From positions 18,362 to 82,361 of the forward strand of contig CAIULK010000014.1 in NCBI GenBank assembly GCA_903899885.1: a stretch of 64,000 nucleotides of DNA, written 5' to 3'. The notes under the pieces were generated by a model. The model ran no database searches. It was not told where the DNA came from and saw only the letters and a program-made list of their open reading frames with translations. Shown here one piece after another: positions 1 through 9,106 of this stretch. The stretch comes from an uncultured Rhodospirillaceae bacterium. Its GTDB lineage: Bacteria; Pseudomonadota; Alphaproteobacteria; Rhodospirillales; Magnetospirillaceae. The position numbers were made by a program, and so were the translations under genes. Within the stretch, counting starts at the first letter, position 1; every line of letters begins with the position of its first letter.

Positions 1-63
1 GGCCATGGCTTTGCGCACGAACGTGTGCCGTAATTCGGCGCCGGTCAAAATGACGATGTTCAT
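1..63 (-). CDS. 5' end (21 codons) of a divergently transcribed gene that runs off the window; product not assignable
   Basis: The reverse strand reads ATG (63..61) then MNIVILTGAELRHTFVRKAMA. This looks like a Rossmann-type N-terminus (formyltransferase-like is only a guess). Confidence 0.35.
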   Translation of the reverse strand, partial: MNIVILTGAELRHTFVRKAMA

Positions 64-143
64 GCTTACCCTTCGGCATCGGCGTAGGCGCAGCAGAGTA
101 TGCGGGTTCGGGCAAGGGTTCAAGGCCGACGTTCCAGATACGC

Positions 144-176
144 GGGATCACCTGTTGACACGAAAGACGTGATCCC
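144..176 (+). promoter_or_regulatory. Perfect 8-bp inverted repeat GGGATCAC-N17-GTGATCCC enclosing a consensus TTGACA (155..160); candidate operator/promoter of the MarR-like gene
   Basis: Read directly from the sequence. It ends 9 nt upstream of the ORF start at 185. MarR-family proteins typically bind palindromes that overlap their own promoters. Confidence 0.4.
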
Positions 177-184
177 TCAAGACT

Positions 185-829
185 ATGGCCCGTGTTCACG
201 GAATGAACGACATATTGGAATTCCCCCCCGTCATGGCGAAGGCCGACGATCAAATCACCCTGCACCTGCTTCAGGCGATTTCGGACGATTCCTCGCTCAC
301 GCAACGCTTTGCCGCCAAGCGGCTGGGGGTGGCGGTCGGACTGGTGAATTCCTATTTGCGCCGTTGCGTGAAAAAGGGTCATGTCAAGATCACGCAGATT
401 CCACCAAACCGTTATCTGTATTATCTGACACCTTCGGGCTTCGCCGAGAAAAGTCGCCTGTCGGCTGATTACTTGCTGGGTTCCTTGACCTTCTATCGCA
501 ACGCCCGGCGGGAATGCGAGGAACTGCTGGCTCGGTGCGCGCAAAATGGCTGGCGACGGGTGGGTTTGGCCGGTGTTGGTGATCTGGCTGAAATCGCCAC
601 CTTATGTTTTCATCAAAGCGAGGCGGAATTGGCCGGTGTCATTGATCCCAGGTCGTCGCAGACCTCGTTTCTGGGGCATCCCGTGGTGGCGGATGTTCAC
701 GGCCTGGAGCCACTGGATGCGGTTTTGTTGACCGATTTGACCGATCCGCAAGCCACCTTTAGCGAACTGCGCAGCCAAATGCCCGCGGTGCGCATTCTGG
801 TGCCCGCCATTCTGTGTTTGCCATCATGA
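185..829 (+). CDS. Winged-helix (MarR-like, EPS-locus-associated type) transcriptional regulator
   Basis: The N-terminal wHTH reads 'LTQRFAAKRLGVAVGLVNSYLRRCVKKGHV' and is followed by 'YLYYLTPSGFAEKSRL'. It is the first gene of the glycan locus. An alternative start lies at 203. Confidence 0.65.
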   Translation: MARVHGMNDILEFPPVMAKADDQITLHLLQAISDDSSLTQRFAAKRLGVAVGLVNSYLRRCVKKGHVKITQIPPNRYLYYLTPSGFAEKSRLSADYLLGSLTFYRNARRECEELLARCAQNGWRRVGLAGVGDLAEIATLCFHQSEAELAGVIDPRSSQTSFLGHPVVADVHGLEPLDAVLLTDLTDPQATFSELRSQMPAVRILVPAILCLPS

Positions 830-2457
830 TGGAACGGCTGTTTCCTGCGCTCCGCATGCTGGGGCGCACTATTTTTTGGCTGTCGCTGGCCTCGGTGCCG
901 TTGGGGGCGGCCTTGGGCGTGTTGGAAATTCTGTTGGGTATCGGTTTGCTGCAGGTGATGCGCCAGTTTGGGCTGGCCGCAGAAAGCGGGGGCATGGGCC
1001 TATCTTTCCCCGGTGGCCCGCTGACCGGATTGATCATGGTTTCGGCCGCCCTGACCGTGCTGCGCCTGCTGCGTTACGCCCTGCCCTGGATTACCGTTGA
1101 AATGTTCGGGCAACGGGTCCGTGATCATCTGATGGACCGGGTGCTGGGTGATCACCGCGAAACGGTACCCTTGGGCATGGCGGAGATTTCCAACATCTTG
1201 AGCGTGCTGTTGCCCAAGGGCGGCAAGATCCTGGATTCCGTTACTCAATCGGTGGCCTCGGCGATCCAGATCACCGCCCTGCTGGCTGCGATGTTGTACC
1301 TGGATATGCGGGTGACCGGATTGCTGTTGGTATCGGGCTTTGTCCTGGGCTTGCCGGTTTTGCTGCTGCGTCGTACCTTCCAGGGGTTCGCCGATCGCTC
1401 GCGCAAGGAGGTGGAGCGCTTCACCCGTCTTCTCGTCCGTAACGCCCAGAACGTTGTCTTCATTAAATTATGCGGCATGGGACGGATCGAGGCCGAACAG
1501 ATGCGCGCGATGTCGGCGCGCGGACAGCACCACTTCAATCAATTCACCTGGATCTTCGCCGCATCCTCGGCCTTGCCGCAATTCTCGGGCGTGCTGCTGA
1601 TCGCCTTTATGCTGGTCGCCAATGACAGCCGGCATTTCCTCAGCCCGGCAGTTCTGATTCCCTTCACCTATATGCTGTGGCGTTTGGCCAGCACGGCGGC
1701 ACAGCTGGGGTCATCCTCGGCTCAGACCAATGTTGCAATGCCGTTCTTTGTGCAGTTGATCGATCGGCTGGGGCCGATCGTCCAGGCGGTCCCTGAACCG
1801 GAGGACACTCAAGGTCCCGCTCCGGTGTTGCGTTCGCTTGATGTTCGCGGCCTGATCATCGGGCGCGAGCGGGCCTTGTTTTCCGGCCTTGATGTCAGCG
1901 TGGGGGCAGGGGATTGTTTGTTGATCGCCGGGCCGTCGGGGCGAGGCAAGACCACTTTGCTGATGACCGTGCTGGGGTTGTTGCTGCCGCACGGCGGAAT
2001 GGTGAGCTGGAACCATGTGCCGCTCGACGATTTTCCCCAAGCGGCTTTCCGCAGTCGGATCGGTTACGCCGGGCAGGATCCGTTCCTGTTCGAGGGCAGC
2101 CTGCGGGACAATCTGTTGTACGGCAACCGCCAGGACATCGACGATGACGCGGTGCACAAGGCGCTCGGTGCCGCCCGCTGCGGGTTCGTGCACGATTTCG
2201 CGGGCGGCCTGGATCATCCTTTGTCCGAGGACGGCGGCGGCATCTCGGCGGGCCAAAAGCAACGCTTGGCAATTGCCCGCGCGTTGCTGCGCCGTCCCGA
2301 TGTTTTGGTCTTTGACGAAGCTACCGCTAATATCGACGAGGCGACCGAGGCCGAGATCATGGCCAATATCCGGCGCGATTTTCCCACCGTGATGATTCTG
2401 GCAGTGTCGCACCGTGCTTCCATGCGCACCTTCGCGACCCGCGTTATCGAAATCTAG
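826..2457 (+). CDS. Fused ABC exporter (N-terminal permease plus C-terminal ATPase), MsbA/lipid or polysaccharide exporter type
   Basis: Walker A 'GPSGRGKTTLL', ABC signature 'ISAGQKQRLAIARALL' and Walker B 'VLVFDEATANID' are present. The N-terminal half has multiple hydrophobic helices. The ATG at 826 overlaps the upstream stop (ATGA); a GTG at 814 is also possible. Confidence 0.9.
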   Translation: MMERLFPALRMLGRTIFWLSLASVPLGAALGVLEILLGIGLLQVMRQFGLAAESGGMGLSFPGGPLTGLIMVSAALTVLRLLRYALPWITVEMFGQRVRDHLMDRVLGDHRETVPLGMAEISNILSVLLPKGGKILDSVTQSVASAIQITALLAAMLYLDMRVTGLLLVSGFVLGLPVLLLRRTFQGFADRSRKEVERFTRLLVRNAQNVVFIKLCGMGRIEAEQMRAMSARGQHHFNQFTWIFAASSALPQFSGVLLIAFMLVANDSRHFLSPAVLIPFTYMLWRLASTAAQLGSSSAQTNVAMPFFVQLIDRLGPIVQAVPEPEDTQGPAPVLRSLDVRGLIIGRERALFSGLDVSVGAGDCLLIAGPSGRGKTTLLMTVLGLLLPHGGMVSWNHVPLDDFPQAAFRSRIGYAGQDPFLFEGSLRDNLLYGNRQDIDDDAVHKALGAARCGFVHDFAGGLDHPLSEDGGGISAGQKQRLAIARALLRRPDVLVFDEATANIDEATEAEIMANIRRDFPTVMILAVSHRASMRTFATRVIEI

Positions 2458-2479
2458 TTCAGAACAACGAGAGCCCTTC

Positions 2480-4174
2480 ATGTCCCTGCGCGACGCCTTG
2501 TTGACGAGCCGCTTCGTTCCCGCGGCCATATTCGAATTGTACCGTTTGGGTCGCTATCCGAAACGGGTTGGCCCGTTGTATGTCGACTTGTGGCGCACGC
2601 GGCGCAAGGCGGCGTTCCTGCGCCAGATGACGGCACCCGCCTCGAACGGCAAAACGGTGTTCATTCCGTCGCTCAGCACGCGGCTGATGCAGATCAAGGC
2701 CGAGGCGATGCTGGCGATCGCCCTGAAACGCAGAGGTTGGCATCCGGTGGTGTTCCTGGCGTCACGTAAGGACCCGATTCCGCGCCGCTATTTCGAGGTC
2801 TTCGGCATCACCGATTTCGTCTATTATGACGATTTCCCGTTGAGCGCCGAGGATAAGGCAACCACCCAGGCGGAAGCTGACCGGATCGCTGGTGGCACGG
2901 TGACCACCCAGACCGTCAAGAACCTGCGGTTTGGTAAGGCGTGGCTGGGGCCACAGATCATTTCGACGATTTCACGCGAAACCTATCAAGGGGCACCGGA
3001 TATCACCAATCCCGCCGTGCTGGCCCGGGTGGTCGAAATGCTGCCCGAGATGATCGAACGCTGCCTGATCGCCGAGCGGGTGATGGAGGCGGTCAAGCCC
3101 GATCTGATCCTGACCAACGAACCCAACTATGCCTTTTATGGCCCGATTATCGACATCGCTATCGCCAATAATGTCGAGGTCATCCACTTCACCATGCCCT
3201 GGCGGGACGACGCCTTTAACTTCAAGCGCCTTGTGCCCTCGACCCGGCGCTTTCATCCCTCGTCGGTGGCGCAAAATTCCTTCGAGCGGGTGCGGCAGTT
3301 GGACTGGACGCCCGCAATGGATCAGACGGTCGACGAGGTCTTTCAGGTCCGCAGCTATGGCGGCCACCGGATGATGTCGATCAACCAAAACGGCGTGCGC
3401 CCCTTCGCCCGCGAGGAGATTTGCCGTGAATTGAACCTGGACCCGGCCAAGAAGATCGCCGTGGTCTTCTCGCATATCCTGTGGGACGCCAACCTGTTTT
3501 ACGGTGACGACCTGTTCGAGAACATGGGCGAATGGCTGGTCGAAACCGTCAAGGCGGCGGCGGCGAATCCGGCGGTCAATTGGGTGATCAAACTGCACCC
3601 CGCCAATATCTTCAAGCTCCAGCGCGACGACTGCGTCACCAAGGAAATCAACGATCTTCAGTTGATCCGCGATCATGTCGGCGACCTGCCGCCGCACGTT
3701 TTCATCTTGGCCCCCGACAGCCCGATCAGCAGCCTGTCTTTTTACCAGGGCGCCGATTACATTATCACCGTGCGCGGCACGGTTAGCGCCGAGGCGCCCT
3801 GTTTCGGGGTTCCCCTGCTGACCGCCGGAACCGGCCGCGCCGACCATTTGGGCTTCACCGTCGATTCCGAATCGCGCGAGGAGTATTTGGACCGGCTGGC
3901 CCATATTCAAGACATCCCGCGGCTGAGCGACGAGCAGGTGCGGCTGGCCCGCCAGCACGCTTATGCCGCGTTTTGCTGCCGCCCGTGGGTGCTGCGCAGT
4001 TTCCGGGTCGATCTGCGGTCCTTGACCGACGCCAGCGATGTTTTAGGATGGAACATGCATCTGGTCGCCAAATCCGAGGATGAGATCGACCGGTTTGGCG
4101 ATCTGCCCGCCTTCGCCGAATGGGTGGAAAACCCCGATCAGATCGACTACCTCAACCTGGACGTGGCCCGGTAA
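2480..4174 (+). CDS. Capsule-polysaccharide-biosynthesis (KpsS/KpsC/LpsZ-like) protein; candidate CMP-sugar-dependent glycosyltransferase
   Basis: The motifs 'NWVIKLHPAN' and 'YIITVRGTVSAEAPCFGVPLLTAGTGRADHLGFT' resemble the K-x-HP and C-terminal G-rich motifs of the KpsS/KpsC family. The gene itself is confident; the family call is from memory of motifs only. Confidence 0.45.
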   Translation: MSLRDALLTSRFVPAAIFELYRLGRYPKRVGPLYVDLWRTRRKAAFLRQMTAPASNGKTVFIPSLSTRLMQIKAEAMLAIALKRRGWHPVVFLASRKDPIPRRYFEVFGITDFVYYDDFPLSAEDKATTQAEADRIAGGTVTTQTVKNLRFGKAWLGPQIISTISRETYQGAPDITNPAVLARVVEMLPEMIERCLIAERVMEAVKPDLILTNEPNYAFYGPIIDIAIANNVEVIHFTMPWRDDAFNFKRLVPSTRRFHPSSVAQNSFERVRQLDWTPAMDQTVDEVFQVRSYGGHRMMSINQNGVRPFAREEICRELNLDPAKKIAVVFSHILWDANLFYGDDLFENMGEWLVETVKAAAANPAVNWVIKLHPANIFKLQRDDCVTKEINDLQLIRDHVGDLPPHVFILAPDSPISSLSFYQGADYIITVRGTVSAEAPCFGVPLLTAGTGRADHLGFTVDSESREEYLDRLAHIQDIPRLSDEQVRLARQHAYAAFCCRPWVLRSFRVDLRSLTDASDVLGWNMHLVAKSEDEIDRFGDLPAFAEWVENPDQIDYLNLDVAR

Positions 4175-4199
4175 CGGCGGAGCGGGGGGAGCCCATAGA

Positions 4200-5210
4200 A
4201 TGGAACGTCCGCTGATCATCGCCGAAGTCGCGCAAACCCACGACGGCAGTCTGGGTTTGGCGCATGCCTTCATCGACGCGGTGACGACGACCGGGGCCGA
4301 CGCCATCAAGTTCCAAACCCACATGGCCGAGGCGGAAAGCACGCCGGGCGAACCGTTCCGGGTGCCGTTCTCGTTCGAGGACAAAAGCCGCTTCGAGTAT
4401 TGGCGGCGGATGGAGTTCACGCCCGAGCAATGGGCGGGCCTGAAGGCGCATGCCGAGGCCAAAAGTTTGTTGTTCATCAGCTCGCCCTTTTCCATCGAGG
4501 CGGCCGACCTTCTGACCGGGATCGGCATCAAGCGCTGGAAGGTCGGTTCGGGCGAGTTCCGCTCGCGTCATCTGCTGGCTCATCTGGCGGCCACCGGAAA
4601 ACCGATGATCGTCTCGACCGGGCTGAGCCGCTGGGACGAGATCGAGGCAATGGCCGCCTTCTTGCGCGAACGTGGCGTCGCCGACCTGACCTTGCTGCAA
4701 TGCACCACCGCCTATCCGGCACCGTTCGAGAAAGCCGGTTTGAACGTGCTGGGCGAAATGGCGGCACGCACCGGCTGCGCGGTCGGGCTGTCCGATCATT
4801 CCGGCACGATCTTTCCCTCGCTGGCGGCGGTCACCTTGGGGGCATCGGTGGTCGAGGTTCATGTCACCCTCAGCCGCGAGATGTTCGGACCCGACGTCGC
4901 CGCCTCGCTGACCACGGCCGAGTTGCGGACCCTGGTCGAGGGCGTCCACGCCATCCACGTCATGAGAACCCACCCGGTCGATAAGGACGAGGCCGCCCGC
5001 GCGATGGAGCCGATGCGGACGATCTTTTCCAAGGGGGCCTACGCCGCCCGCGGCCTCGCCGCCGGGACGGCGTTGCAGCCGTCCGACCTGTGCTTCAAGA
5101 AACCCTGTGCCGGTTTGACCGAGGCCGAGTGCGACGCCCTGATCGGCCGTCCCTTGGCCCGTTCGGTGGAACGGGGGACCGCGCTTCGCAAAGAGGATTT
5201 CGAATCATGA
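4200..5210 (+). CDS. neuB: N-acylneuraminate (nonulosonate) synthase, NeuB/LegI family, with a C-terminal SAF domain
   Basis: 'RPLIIAEVAQTHDGSLGLAHAFIDAVTTTGADAIKFQTH' is the classic NeuB N-terminus. The C-terminal 'GRPLARSVERGTALRKEDF' is SAF-like. Confidence 0.9.
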   Translation: MERPLIIAEVAQTHDGSLGLAHAFIDAVTTTGADAIKFQTHMAEAESTPGEPFRVPFSFEDKSRFEYWRRMEFTPEQWAGLKAHAEAKSLLFISSPFSIEAADLLTGIGIKRWKVGSGEFRSRHLLAHLAATGKPMIVSTGLSRWDEIEAMAAFLRERGVADLTLLQCTTAYPAPFEKAGLNVLGEMAARTGCAVGLSDHSGTIFPSLAAVTLGASVVEVHVTLSREMFGPDVAASLTTAELRTLVEGVHAIHVMRTHPVDKDEAARAMEPMRTIFSKGAYAARGLAAGTALQPSDLCFKKPCAGLTEAECDALIGRPLARSVERGTALRKEDFES

Positions 5211-6373
5211 GCAAACGCAAAGTCTGCGTGATCGTCAACAGCCGGGCGAACTACGGCCGGATCAAGGCGTTCATGCAAGCGGTCCGCAATCATCCCGATC
5301 TAGAGCTTCAGCTCGTGGTGGGCGCGTCGGCGCTGCTTTACCGCTTCGGCAAATCGGTGGACGTCATCCGCTCGGACGGCTTCGAGCCGAACGCCACGAT
5401 CTATCTGGTGATCGAGGGGGAAAACCCGACGACGATGGCCAAATCGACCGGGCTGGCGATCGTCGAGCTGGCGACGGCGTTCGAGAATCTCAAGCCCGAC
5501 GTGGTGGTGACGGTCGCCGACCGTTACGAGACGTTGGCGACGGCGGTGGCGGCCAGCTACATGAACATTCCGGTCGCCCATACCCAGGGTGGCGAGGTCA
5601 GCGGTTCGATCGACGAGAACGTTCGCCACGCGATCACCAAATTGTCGCACATCCATTTTCCGGCAACCGAACTGGCCGCCAGCTATCTGGTCCGGATGGG
5701 CGAGGAGCCCGGCCGAGTGTTCCTAACCGGCTGCCCGTCGCTGGACATTCTGAACGGTCTTGATCTGTCCTTGACCCCGATGCTGTCGCATTTCGTGGGC
5801 GGGGCCGGGGCGCAACTGGATTGGACCAAACCCTATTTGCTGGTGGTGCAGCATCCGGTGACCACCGAGTTCGGCAGCGGCCTTGATCAGATCAACGAAA
5901 CCATCAGCGCGATCGATGGTCTGGAGATGCAGACCCTGTGGCTGTGGCCGAACGTCGATGCCGGATCGGACGACGTCGCCAAGGGCATCCGATTGTACCG
6001 CGAACGCCGCAATCCCAGTTTCGTCCACTTCTACCGCAACTTCTCGCCCGAGGATTATCTGCGGGTGATGAACAATTGCGTCTGCATCGTCGGCAACAGC
6101 AGCAGCGGCTTGCGCGAAGGGGCGTTCCTGGGAACGCCCTGTGTCAACATCGGCTCGCGCCAGGCGATGCGCGAACGCGGCGCCAATGTGATGGACGCGC
6201 CCTATGACGCCAAGCAAATCCGCCATGCCATCGAAACCCAGGTGGCGCACGGGCGCTATCCGTCCGATCCGATCTTCGGCAACGGCACCGCCGGACAGCA
6301 GATGGCCGACGTCCTGGCCCGGATTCCCTTGTCCATTCATAAGAAGCTGAACTACGTCTACGATAAGCAATGA
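5207..6373 (+). CDS. neuC: UDP-N-acetylglucosamine 2-epimerase (hydrolysing), NeuC/LegG family
   Basis: The motifs 'VAHTQGGEVSGSIDENVRHAITKLSHIHF' and 'VCIVGNSSSGLREGAFLGTPCVNIG' are present. The start overlaps the neuB stop (ATGA). Confidence 0.9.
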   Translation: MSKRKVCVIVNSRANYGRIKAFMQAVRNHPDLELQLVVGASALLYRFGKSVDVIRSDGFEPNATIYLVIEGENPTTMAKSTGLAIVELATAFENLKPDVVVTVADRYETLATAVAASYMNIPVAHTQGGEVSGSIDENVRHAITKLSHIHFPATELAASYLVRMGEEPGRVFLTGCPSLDILNGLDLSLTPMLSHFVGGAGAQLDWTKPYLLVVQHPVTTEFGSGLDQINETISAIDGLEMQTLWLWPNVDAGSDDVAKGIRLYRERRNPSFVHFYRNFSPEDYLRVMNNCVCIVGNSSSGLREGAFLGTPCVNIGSRQAMRERGANVMDAPYDAKQIRHAIETQVAHGRYPSDPIFGNGTAGQQMADVLARIPLSIHKKLNYVYDKQ

Positions 6374-7065
6374 AGGTCCTCGGCCTGATTCCGGCGCGCG
6401 GCGGCTCGAAGGGCGTGCCGCGCAAGAATGTCCGGCCGTTGGCCGGAATACCCTTGATCGCCCACACGATCCGGGCGGCCTTCGCCTCGGAACGGCTGAC
6501 CGACGTGGTGGTGACCACCGACGATGACGAGATCGCCGCCATCGCCGCGGCCGAAGGCGCGCGCGTGCTGCGCCGTCCCGCCGATCTGGCCGCCGACACC
6601 ACGCCGATGCCCCCCGTCGCCTTCCATGCGCTCGATTTTCTGGCGGGTGAACGGCGGGCCTACGACGTTCTGATGCTGCTGCAATGCACCTGCCCTGCCC
6701 GGACCGGCGCCGACATCGCCGCCGCCCTCGACCGGCTAAAGGATTCCGGGGCCGATGCCGTGATCAGCGTGACCCGTGTCGACGACACCCATCCGGCGCG
6801 GATGTACCGGATCGCCGACGATCGGCTGACCGCCTTCGACCCGGCCTTCGAGGGGATGCGCCGCCAGGATCTGCCGGCGCTGTATTTGCGCAGCGGGGTC
6901 ATCTATGGTATCCGCACCCAGGCGTTCCAGGCCGAGCGCACCTTTTTCTCGCGCAACGCCGTTCCCATCGAACTGCCGCGCGAACGGTCGGTCAATATCG
7001 ACAACGAGCTTGATTTCCAGTTCGCCGATTTTCTGATGAGACAGGCCCATGGCGCGCATTCTTAA
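6370..7065 (+). CDS. neuA: CMP-N-acylneuraminate (nonulosonate) cytidylyltransferase
   Basis: The N-terminus is 'MKVLGLIPARGGSKGVPRKNVRPLAGIPLIAHTI'. The start overlaps the neuC stop (ATGA). Confidence 0.85.
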   Translation: MKVLGLIPARGGSKGVPRKNVRPLAGIPLIAHTIRAAFASERLTDVVVTTDDDEIAAIAAAEGARVLRRPADLAADTTPMPPVAFHALDFLAGERRAYDVLMLLQCTCPARTGADIAAALDRLKDSGADAVISVTRVDDTHPARMYRIADDRLTAFDPAFEGMRRQDLPALYLRSGVIYGIRTQAFQAERTFFSRNAVPIELPRERSVNIDNELDFQFADFLMRQAHGAHS

Positions 7066-8011
7066 TCTGGATCCGTATGAATATTCGGCCGCCGCCCAGG
7101 ACACTCTGTCCGAGGCGGGAACGCTGGAGGGGATGCGCCTGGACCGCGCCGGGCTGCTGGAACGGATCGGCGACTACGACGCGCTGATCATGCGCTTCGC
7201 CCACCGGATGGATTCCGAGATTCTGGGCCGCGCGACACGGCTGAAGGTGATCGGCACCAACGCCACCGGGGTCGATCATATCGACGAGGCGGCGGCGGCC
7301 CAACGGAATATCGCCTTGGTCTGCCTGCGCGGCGAGACCGCCTTCCTGCAAGACGTTTCAGCGACCGCCGAACACACCTGGGGCCTTTTGCTGGCCCTCG
7401 TCCGCAATCTGGTTCCGGCCACCCGCTCGGTGCAATCGGGGGTCTGGAGCCGCGAGCTGTTCCTGGGCGGCGAGTTAGCGGGCAAGCGGCTGGGCATCAT
7501 CGGCCATGGCCGTTTGGGCCGGATGGTCGCGAAATTCGGCCTGGCCTTCGGGATGAACGTGCGGGTCTTCGACACCGCCCCGGTCGCGGTCGAGGCCCCG
7601 GTACAGGCGGCGGCTAGCCTGGAGGATCTGATCGCCGGATCCCACGTGCTGTCGATGCATGCCTCGTTGACCGAAAGCAGCCGCGACATGCTGACCCTGG
7701 AGCGGTTGTCGCTGTTGCCCAAGGGGGCCTTGCTGATCAACACGGCGCGCGGGGTCTTGATCGACGAGACGGCGGTGCTGACCTTGCTGGACAGCGGCCA
7801 TCTGGGCGGGGCGGCGCTGGACGTGCTGCACAACGAACTGGCGCCCGGTTTCCCCGCCCAAAGCGCCCTCGTCGCGGCGACCGCGCGTCACCCCAATCTG
7901 ATCATCACCCCCCATATCGGCGGGGCGACGCGGGAATCCTGGGCCAAGACCGAATTGTTCATCGCCCGCAAGGTCCGCGACGTTTTGATGAAGGGGATGG
8001 AGCGTGCGTAA
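7049..8011 (+). CDS. D-isomer-specific 2-hydroxyacid dehydrogenase (phosphoglycerate-dehydrogenase-like)
   Basis: The NAD-binding fold 'LGIIGHGRLGRMVAKF', plus 'LINTARG' and the catalytic-His region 'IITPHIGGAT', are present. Confidence 0.85.
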   Translation: MARILNLDPYEYSAAAQDTLSEAGTLEGMRLDRAGLLERIGDYDALIMRFAHRMDSEILGRATRLKVIGTNATGVDHIDEAAAAQRNIALVCLRGETAFLQDVSATAEHTWGLLLALVRNLVPATRSVQSGVWSRELFLGGELAGKRLGIIGHGRLGRMVAKFGLAFGMNVRVFDTAPVAVEAPVQAAASLEDLIAGSHVLSMHASLTESSRDMLTLERLSLLPKGALLINTARGVLIDETAVLTLLDSGHLGGAALDVLHNELAPGFPAQSALVAATARHPNLIITPHIGGATRESWAKTELFIARKVRDVLMKGMERA

Positions 8012-9005
8012 CCGCATCGTCTTGTTCGCGTTGTTCTGGATGATCGGCCTGTCCCTGGGCTATCCGACCCTGAACCGCTACGCGCCGGGCGAGACCTCGT
8101 CGGTCTCGGACGCCCGCTATTACGCCGACATCGTCGAACGCGGCCCGGAGGCCGTCGGCGATATCGGTCATTGGCGCTACCGGGCGCTGGTGCCCGCCTT
8201 GGCCCGTCCAGTCTTCACGCTGATCAAGGGGCATATCGGCAGCTGGGAACCGCGCTACGGCGCGCTGCTGGTGGTCAACGCCGCCTTTTGCGCCGGGGCG
8301 GCGCTGATCGTCCTGGATTTGGGCGCCCTGGCCGGAGCCGGAACGGCAACCGCGCTGATCGCGGCCCTGCTGCTGCTGGGCAGTTTCAACACGCCCAATT
8401 TCTATCTGTCGGGACTGGTCGATTCCTCGGAATTGTTCGTGCTGACGGCGGCCTTCTGGGCATTGGCCTCGGGACGATTCGCGCTTTTGCCGGTGATCGG
8501 CGTGCTCGGCGGCGTGGCCAAGGAAAGTACCGTGCCCTTCATGGCGGCCCTAACCGGGGGCTGGTTCCTGGTCGAACTTCTGAGGCGCCGTCCATTCCTG
8601 CGCGGCTCGGTGATCGCCGTGGCGAGCGTGGGACTGGGGCTGGCCACGGTGCTGGCGGTGCGCCACCTCATCGGCGGGCAGGCCAATGCCCTTGCTGGCG
8701 TATCCGGAGCGCCCTTGGATCGTCCGCTGTCCTCGATCCTCCACGATATCCTGGCGGTGCCGTTGGGGCGCTCGTTTCTGTATTCCTTCGCCGGGATCCT
8801 GCCGTTCAGCCTGTTCAGCTTGAAGCGGCTGCCCGCACCCTGGTTGGGCGCGTTGGCCAGCGCCTTGCTGGCGGCCCTGGTTCTCGCCGGGTGGGCGGGA
8901 CTGGGCGATAATGCCGGCCGACCGCTTTTCTCGACCACCGGGGCGATTCTGGTTGTCGCGGCGGCCCTAACCCTGACCCGTTGGCTGAAGGACGAGGCGA
9001 GGTGA
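8004..9005 (+). CDS. Polytopic membrane protein, short GT-C-like
   Basis: There are about 9 hydrophobic segments. The first-loop motif 'SDARYYADIVE' resembles the ArnT/PMT 'DE-x-RYA' loop. Confidence 0.5.
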   Translation: MRNRIVLFALFWMIGLSLGYPTLNRYAPGETSSVSDARYYADIVERGPEAVGDIGHWRYRALVPALARPVFTLIKGHIGSWEPRYGALLVVNAAFCAGAALIVLDLGALAGAGTATALIAALLLLGSFNTPNFYLSGLVDSSELFVLTAAFWALASGRFALLPVIGVLGGVAKESTVPFMAALTGGWFLVELLRRRPFLRGSVIAVASVGLGLATVLAVRHLIGGQANALAGVSGAPLDRPLSSILHDILAVPLGRSFLYSFAGILPFSLFSLKRLPAPWLGALASALLAALVLAGWAGLGDNAGRPLFSTTGAILVVAAALTLTRWLKDEAR

Positions 9006-9106
9006 CCGGCCGGGCGGCGGCGGCCCTGTGGGTGGCGGCGGTGCTTGCCCTTTATCTGGCTCAGTTCGGCGATGTTCTCGCCCGTCTGTCGGGTTGGACG
9101 CGATGA
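9002..9106 (+). CDS. Candidate 34-codon single-helix membrane peptide bridging two genes
   Basis: The GTG at 9002 overlaps the upstream stop (GTGA) and the TGA at 9104 overlaps the downstream ATG (ATGA). It translates to VTGRAAAALWVAAVLALYLAQFGDVLARLSGWTR. Open frames this short are common in GC-rich DNA. Confidence 0.3.
   Translation: MTGRAAAALWVAAVLALYLAQFGDVLARLSGWTR

Noticed and set aside
100-468. The ORF 100..468 (+), which overlaps the regulator gene start, and other 60-120 aa ORFs scattered throughout the track.
   Set aside because: They overlap better-supported genes in other frames and are compositionally biased, with no RBS or motif support. The only short ORFs retained are the lipobox protein at 48245..48451 and the coupled 34-codon ORF at 9002..9106.
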